DNA of 60,887 nucleotides, filler included, from Coriobacteriales bacterium (GTDB lineage Bacteria; Actinomycetota; Coriobacteriia; Coriobacteriales; UBA8131): NCBI GenBank assembly GCA_031263105.1. It is 3 parts of 3 records of this genome, joined end to end, with 100 filler letters (N's around TTAATTAATTAA, not from the genome) between each part and the next. Parts side by side here need not be neighbours in the genome. Positions count along the whole stretch, not along the records: positions 46,747 to 60,887 come from JAISGJ010000079.1; 2 more parts are not named here. One strand, 5' to 3'. Shown piece by piece: positions 58,184 to 60,887 of this stretch (position 1 is its first letter; each line of letters starts with the position of its first letter). The notes under the pieces were generated by a model. It saw only the letters and a program-made list of their open reading frames with translations, ran no database searches and was not told where the DNA came from. The position numbers and the translations under genes were made by a program.

Positions 58184-59341
58184 ATGATTAGGCGAGACAT
58201 CGAAAGCTATCTCAAAAGACTTACGCAGCAGTCACGCGTCGTTGCGCTCACAGGGCCGAGGCAATCGGGGAAGACCACCCTTTGCAAAAGCGAATTCGCG
58301 GACTACTCATATTACAATCTCGAAAATATCAATACCTTCAATACCGTTACAGCTGACCCGGTAGGATTTGTCGAGACCAATTCACGGGCAGTCATCGATG
58401 AGATTCAGAAGTACCCAGACCTGCTTTCGCAAGTACAGGTGCAAGTGGACGAGAGGGGCAGGTACGGCGATTATGTTATCACAGGTTCTCAAAACCTCCT
58501 GCTCTCTGAAAAAATATCCCAATCGCTTGCAGGAAGGGCTTCCTATGCGACGCTGCTCCCACTCTCTATTCATGAGTTAAAAAACGCCGACCTGCTGTGC
58601 GACAGCTTTGTGGATCAAATCATACGGGGATTCTATCCCGAAACATACGCAGCAGATATCAACACGGACATATTTTATGAAAGATACCTGAGAACCTATG
58701 TGGAACGTGACGTGCGAATGATAAGAAACATATCCGACCTATCAACGTTCCAGAGATTTCTCGGCCTGCTTGCTGGAAGGATCGGCCAACTCGTGAACCG
58801 CGAGTCGCTTGCCGGGGATGTTGGCGTCAACGCGAAAACGATCGAAAACTGGATATCAATCCTTGAGGCGAGCTACGTCATCTACAGGCTTCGACCGTAC
58901 CATGTCAATTTTGGCAAGCGCCTCATAAGGGCGTCGAAGATATATTTCCACGATACCGGCCTTGCATGCCACCTGCTTGGCATTACCGACAGAAACATAC
59001 TGGAAAACCATTATCTGCGGGGTGGACTGTTCGAGAATATGGTGATTCTGGATATATTGAAAAATATATCCAGCGGAATGTTGCATTCTAACACAAAATT
59101 GCATTTCTATCGAGACAATGGCGGCAACGAGATTGATCTTGTCATAGACAACGGAAAAGAGCGGCTGCTCATGGAGATCAAAAGCGGATCGACGTTTGCC
59201 TCCGATTTCCTCAAAGGGATCAAAGCCTTTGAAAGGGCATCGGGCACAGCCAGCAAAAGCGTCATCGTCTATGCCGGGCAAAAGGGGCAGGTGGGCAACA
59301 CCTCTCTCGTGAATTGGCGGGACATGGAGGTTTGTTGGTAA
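58184..59341 (+). CDS. AAA_14 + DUF4143 ATP-binding protein
   Basis: GPRQSGKTT, IDEIQ, TGSQN, KIYFHDTGL, FENMV, EIDLV...EIKS. Confidence 0.93.
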   Translation: MIRRDIESYLKRLTQQSRVVALTGPRQSGKTTLCKSEFADYSYYNLENINTFNTVTADPVGFVETNSRAVIDEIQKYPDLLSQVQVQVDERGRYGDYVITGSQNLLLSEKISQSLAGRASYATLLPLSIHELKNADLLCDSFVDQIIRGFYPETYAADINTDIFYERYLRTYVERDVRMIRNISDLSTFQRFLGLLAGRIGQLVNRESLAGDVGVNAKTIENWISILEASYVIYRLRPYHVNFGKRLIRASKIYFHDTGLACHLLGITDRNILENHYLRGGLFENMVILDILKNISSGMLHSNTKLHFYRDNGGNEIDLVIDNGKERLLMEIKSGSTFASDFLKGIKAFERASGTASKSVIVYAGQKGQVGNTSLVNWRDMEVCW

Positions 59342-59369
59342 GAGGACGGGCCGCCCTTGTCCCCAGACA

Positions 59370-60638
59370 TCAACCGAAGCGCAGCATGAGGTAGATGCCG
59401 GATATCACGATGGAGAGCAGCATCATCGGCACGCCTATCTTGAGGAAGTGTATGAAGGTGAGGGGATAGCCCTCGCGGTTGGAGATGCCGGAGAGGACGA
59501 CGTTGGCGCTGGCGCCGATGAGTGTGCCGTTGCCGCCGAGGCAGGCGCCGAGCGAAAGCGCCCACCACAAGGGCATGACGTCGATGCCGCTGAGCTCCAT
59601 GCTCTGCAGGACGGGGATCATCGTCGCCACGAAGGGGATGTTGTCCAAGATAGCCGAGATGCCGGCCGATGCCGTGAGAATGACCGGGATCGCCATGGTC
59701 TCCTGCCCTTGGGTGATGCCGACCAAGAAGCCTGCGAACAGGTCGATGACGCCCGTCTCGACGAGCCCTCCCACCACGATGAACAGGCCGGCGAAGAAGC
59801 CTATCGTCGTCCATTCCACGCCAAGGACGGTCTCCTCGACGTCCTGACGGCCGATCAGCATCATCACCGCTGCGGCGGAAAGCGCGATGACGGAGGACTC
59901 CAGGTGCAGCAGCCCGTGCAGCGTGAAGGCGATCGCCACGAGGACGATCATGACGATGCTCTTGACGAAGAGGCTCTTGGAGAGGATGCACGTGTTCTCG
60001 TCGAGGGCCATTATCGCCTCGCGCGCCTCTGCGCTGACCTTCATCTTGCGCCCGTAGATAAAGCGGAAGCATATCAGGGTGGCGATGAGGATGATCACCA
60101 CGACGGGGGCATCGACGAGGATAAAGTCGAGGAAGGAGAGCTCCGCCGCCGTCCCTATCATGATGTTGGGAGGGTCGCCTATGAGGGTGGCTGTGCCGCC
60201 GATATTGGAGGCGATGATCTGCGTGATAAAGAAGGGCACAGGGTCCAGTTCAAGTTCGCGGCAGATCATGAGGGTCATGGGGCCAACGAGCAGCACGGTG
60301 GTCACGTTGTCCAGAAGCGCGGAAAGGCAGGCGGTGATGGCCACGAGCGCCACCATGATGAGCCAAGGGTCGCCCTTGACCATACGGGCCGCCTTGACGG
60401 CCACGAACTCGAAGAGCCCTGAGCGCCTGACCACCGAGACGAAGAGCATCATGCCCACCAGCACCCCCAAGGTGTTGAAGTCGATATGCTCCAGGCTGTT
60501 CTCGAAGGGAACGATATTGACGACCATGATGATAACGGCACCGACCAATGCGGCCAAGGCGCGATGCACCTTCTCGGAAACGATAAGCGCAAACACGGCG
60601 ACGAAGATGATGAGAGAGACGATTTGGACCGCAGTCAT
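59370..60638 (-). CDS. ArsB/NhaD (SLC13-like) ion transporter
   Basis: SALLDNVTT, SNIGGTATLIGDPPN, DNIPFVA, LGGNGTLIGASAN. Confidence 0.92.
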   Translation of the reverse strand: MTAVQIVSLIIFVAVFALIVSEKVHRALAALVGAVIIMVVNIVPFENSLEHIDFNTLGVLVGMMLFVSVVRRSGLFEFVAVKAARMVKGDPWLIMVALVAITACLSALLDNVTTVLLVGPMTLMICRELELDPVPFFITQIIASNIGGTATLIGDPPNIMIGTAAELSFLDFILVDAPVVVIILIATLICFRFIYGRKMKVSAEAREAIMALDENTCILSKSLFVKSIVMIVLVAIAFTLHGLLHLESSVIALSAAAVMMLIGRQDVEETVLGVEWTTIGFFAGLFIVVGGLVETGVIDLFAGFLVGITQGQETMAIPVILTASAGISAILDNIPFVATMIPVLQSMELSGIDVMPLWWALSLGACLGGNGTLIGASANVVLSGISNREGYPLTFIHFLKIGVPMMLLSIVISGIYLMLRFG

Positions 60639-60780
60639 GAGCAGATGAACCTCCAGGGTATTAAAAGGGGGCGGCACGGCACGAAAGGACGGCCGATGCG
60701 CAAATTGGCATGAAGGACAGTATAGCGTTATATCGTGTCCGCTGCCGAGGTAATGCCTACTGCCCCCCCCCCCCCCCCCC

Positions 60781-60820
<40 letters not shown>

Positions 60821-60887
60821 CGGGGGGGGCCCGGGGAGGGGGCACGCCCGGCGCACGACGACACGGGGGGCACCCGGCGCGCCGCAC

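Overview
GC-rich window that looks like Coriobacteriia/Eggerthellaceae. The evidence is membrane-embedded LuxR regulators, Tat-lipoprotein flavo- and molybdo-reductases, and the murI-rph-rdgB block. It consists of three sequence segments joined by artificial 100-bp N/TTAATTAATTAA linkers. Ordinary content: an ABC1 kinase, two hybrid histidine kinases, a TetR-MMPL locus, murI-rph-rdgB-HAD, Rrf2-mutY, a complete pstSCAB-phoU-phoB/R cluster with a Pho box, two dmsAB+torD-like operons, an ABC-F protein and an ArsB/NhaD transporter. Accessory content: four type II toxin-antitoxin pairs, about 10 loci of a modular palindromic MITE-like element with 8-10 bp target duplications, and several deletion pseudogenes. 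The most notable region is an island at about 42.3-46.5 kb. It holds an aegerolysin/Gpp34(Cry34)-like gene directly followed by a lectin-less Toxin_10/Tpp35(Cry35)-like gene, transcribed divergently from a Ser/Thr-rich putative beta-pore-forming protein. This is a candidate binary or ternary pore-forming toxin system in an anaerobic actinobacterium. All family calls come from motif recognition by eye; no searches were run.
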